A stretch of DNA of 64,000 nucleotides from Longimicrobiales bacterium (GTDB lineage: Bacteria; Gemmatimonadota; Gemmatimonadetes; Longimicrobiales; Gaopeijiaceae), in contig CBDFMQ010000002.1 of NCBI GenBank assembly GCA_965249725.1, forward strand, positions 2,848,001-2,912,000, in the 5' to 3' direction. Positions 62,217 through 64,000 of the stretch are shown here, piece after piece. Every line of letters starts with the position of its first letter. The stretch's first letter is position 1. The notes beneath the pieces are model-generated. The model did not search any database, had not been told where the DNA came from, and worked only from the letters and a program-made list of their open reading frames with translations. Both the position numbers and the translations under genes were made by a program.

Positions 62217-63803
62217 ATGGAGCCTCACGCCGCCGCAGAATCCACCGCCACCCCCCTCGGCGTCCTCCGCGACGTGTTCGGCTACGAGAACTTCCGACCC
62301 GGTCAGCTCGAGGTCATCGAGGCCGTCATGGCAGGCCGCGACTGCATTGCGCTTATGCCAACCGGAGCGGGTAAATCCCTGACCTTCCAGGTACCGGCTC
62401 GGATGATGGACGGCACAGTGCTCGTGGTGTCTCCGCTGATCTCCCTCATGAAGGACCAGGTGGATGCACTCGTCGACCTCGGCTTTCGCGCTGCGGCGAT
62501 CAACTCGTCGTTAGAACCCGGCGAACGTGAGCGGAGACTCCAGGCACTCCGGGCCGGAGAGTACGAGTTGGTCTACCTGGCTCCCGAGCGACTCGACGGC
62601 CGCCTGAGTCGGGAAGCCGGGAACTGGCCTCTCTCGCTGCTCGTCGTGGACGAAGCTCACTGCATCAGCCAGTGGGGCCATGACTTCAGGCCGTCGTACC
62701 GGCGGCTGCAGCGACTGCGGACGGCGCTCCCGAACACGCCCGTCCTGGCACTCACGGCCACCGCCACCAACGACGTGGCTCGCGACATCATCCGCCAACT
62801 CGAGATGACCAAGCCCGCTGGCTTCAAGGGCTCGTTCTTCCGATCCAACCTGAACATCTACTGCAGAAAGAAGGGCACCGGACCCACGCGACAGGAGATC
62901 GCGGGGCTGATCAAGGCGCGGTCCGGCCAGAGTGGCATCCTGTACTGTGCCTCTCGAAAGGCGGTCGATCAGATGACCGACTTCCTGTGTGATCTGGGCG
63001 TGCGGGCCCTACCCTACCACGCCGGAATGGAGGCGGAGGAGCGATCGACCAACCAAGAAGCCTTCGCCAAGGACGACGCCGACGTGATCGTCGCGACCAT
63101 CGCCTTCGGCATGGGCATCGACAAGTCCAACGTGCGCTTCGTCATCCATCGGGACATGCCGAAGGATGTAGAGTCTTGGTATCAGGAGATGGGCCGCGCG
63201 GGGCGGGACGGTCTGGAGAGCGACTGCTTTCTCTTCTACTCATGGGCCGACGTGAAGCAGCAGGAGCGCTTCCTGAGCGACATCGATGATCCCGATCTCT
63301 ATTGGGCGAAGGCCGAAGCGACCAAGGCCCTCTTCCGGCTTGTGGAGAACGGAGGATGTCGCCACCAGAAGATCCTCACACATCTCAGCGAGGAGATCAG
63401 TCCGTGCGACGTGTCTTGTGACTGGTGCACGGGAATCAAGGCCGAGGATCTGGCGGCGGAAGGCATAATGGCCGTCGAGGCAGGGGGCCAGACTATGTCC
63501 CGAGCCGGCCCCCGGTCCGGCTCCACGCGTTCCCGCTCACGACAGACCGCCGATCGGGTCGCAGAACCCGGTCCGCTATCCGATGAGGCAGAGGCCCTGT
63601 TTCAATCGCTGAGGGACCTCCGCAAGTCGATCGCGGACCGTCAGGGAGTGCCGGCCTACATCGTGTTCAGCGACAAGACCCTGCGCGCCATGGCCGAAGC
63701 GCGCCCGTCCACTCCGGGGGAGCTCCTGGCCGTCTCGGGCGTGGGACCGCTCAAGCTCGAGCGGTACGGCGAAGCCTTCCTGGACGCGGTGAGCGAATCC
63801 TAG
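62217..63803 (+). CDS. recQ: RecQ family DNA helicase
   Basis: [43 protein letters not shown], Zn-binding Cys cluster, HRDC. Confidence 0.93.
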   Translation: MEPHAAAESTATPLGVLRDVFGYENFRPGQLEVIEAVMAGRDCIALMPTGAGKSLTFQVPARMMDGTVLVVSPLISLMKDQVDALVDLGFRAAAINSSLEPGERERRLQALRAGEYELVYLAPERLDGRLSREAGNWPLSLLVVDEAHCISQWGHDFRPSYRRLQRLRTALPNTPVLALTATATNDVARDIIRQLEMTKPAGFKGSFFRSNLNIYCRKKGTGPTRQEIAGLIKARSGQSGILYCASRKAVDQMTDFLCDLGVRALPYHAGMEAEERSTNQEAFAKDDADVIVATIAFGMGIDKSNVRFVIHRDMPKDVESWYQEMGRAGRDGLESDCFLFYSWADVKQQERFLSDIDDPDLYWAKAEATKALFRLVENGGCRHQKILTHLSEEISPCDVSCDWCTGIKAEDLAAEGIMAVEAGGQTMSRAGPRSGSTRSRSRQTADRVAEPGPLSDEAEALFQSLRDLRKSIADRQGVPAYIVFSDKTLRAMAEARPSTPGELLAVSGVGPLKLERYGEAFLDAVSES

Positions 63804-63840
63804 GAACGGGCTCCGCAGGGGTGATGAACGCACCCTCCGG

Positions 63841-64000
63841 CTAGTGAGCCGGTCCTTCGTCATCAGCTGACGGGCCGTAGATCGCCGGCACCTTGCTGCC
63901 CATGGGGCGCAGGTACGTGCTCAACTGGCCACGGTGATGGATCGCGTCCAGGAGCATCATCCAGGCCAACTGCATACGCGGGCCCTCCATGATCTCGTGC
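63841..64000 (-). CDS. DinB family protein, 3' end only (runs off window end)
   Basis: …LLDAIHHRGQLSTYLRPMGSKVPAIYGPSADD…*. Confidence 0.8.
   Translation of the reverse strand, partial: HEIMEGPRMQLAWMMLLDAIHHRGQLSTYLRPMGSKVPAIYGPSADDEGPAH

Overview
High-GC bacterial chromosomal window, probably Gemmatimonadota. That assignment is inferred from the gene repertoire: a PadR + ADOP duplicated permease pair, Ser/Thr kinases fused to a TolB-like propeller or TPR, VPS10/BNR, NHL, PQQ and amidohydrolase genes. It holds about 58 plausible CDS. I recognised no rRNA, tRNA, CRISPR array, integrase or transposase. Housekeeping and metabolic genes (PPi-PFK, an mtnA-like gene lacking the catalytic Cys, uup, DAHP synthase, recQ) are interspersed with five toxin-antitoxin-like pairs; four have a visible operator-like repeat. 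The most notable structure is the evidence of recombination. At ~15786 a chimeric junction fuses a near-identical copy of the 3' end of the downstream kinase gene to a diverged copy of the upstream GGDEF gene, as if two alternative versions of one locus had been stitched together. Intergenic gaps contain orphan remnants of ppdK, a second kinase paralogue and a Na/Pi symporter, and there are two degenerate attC-like half-sites. Other observations: an uncharacterised three-gene membrane operon with an HExxH protein, a protein with a duplicated six-Cys domain, a long Ig/Gly-rich gene split by one in-frame amber codon, and an identical leaderless-type promoter geometry in front of both intact kinase genes. 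All family calls come from motif recognition by eye; no database searches were run.
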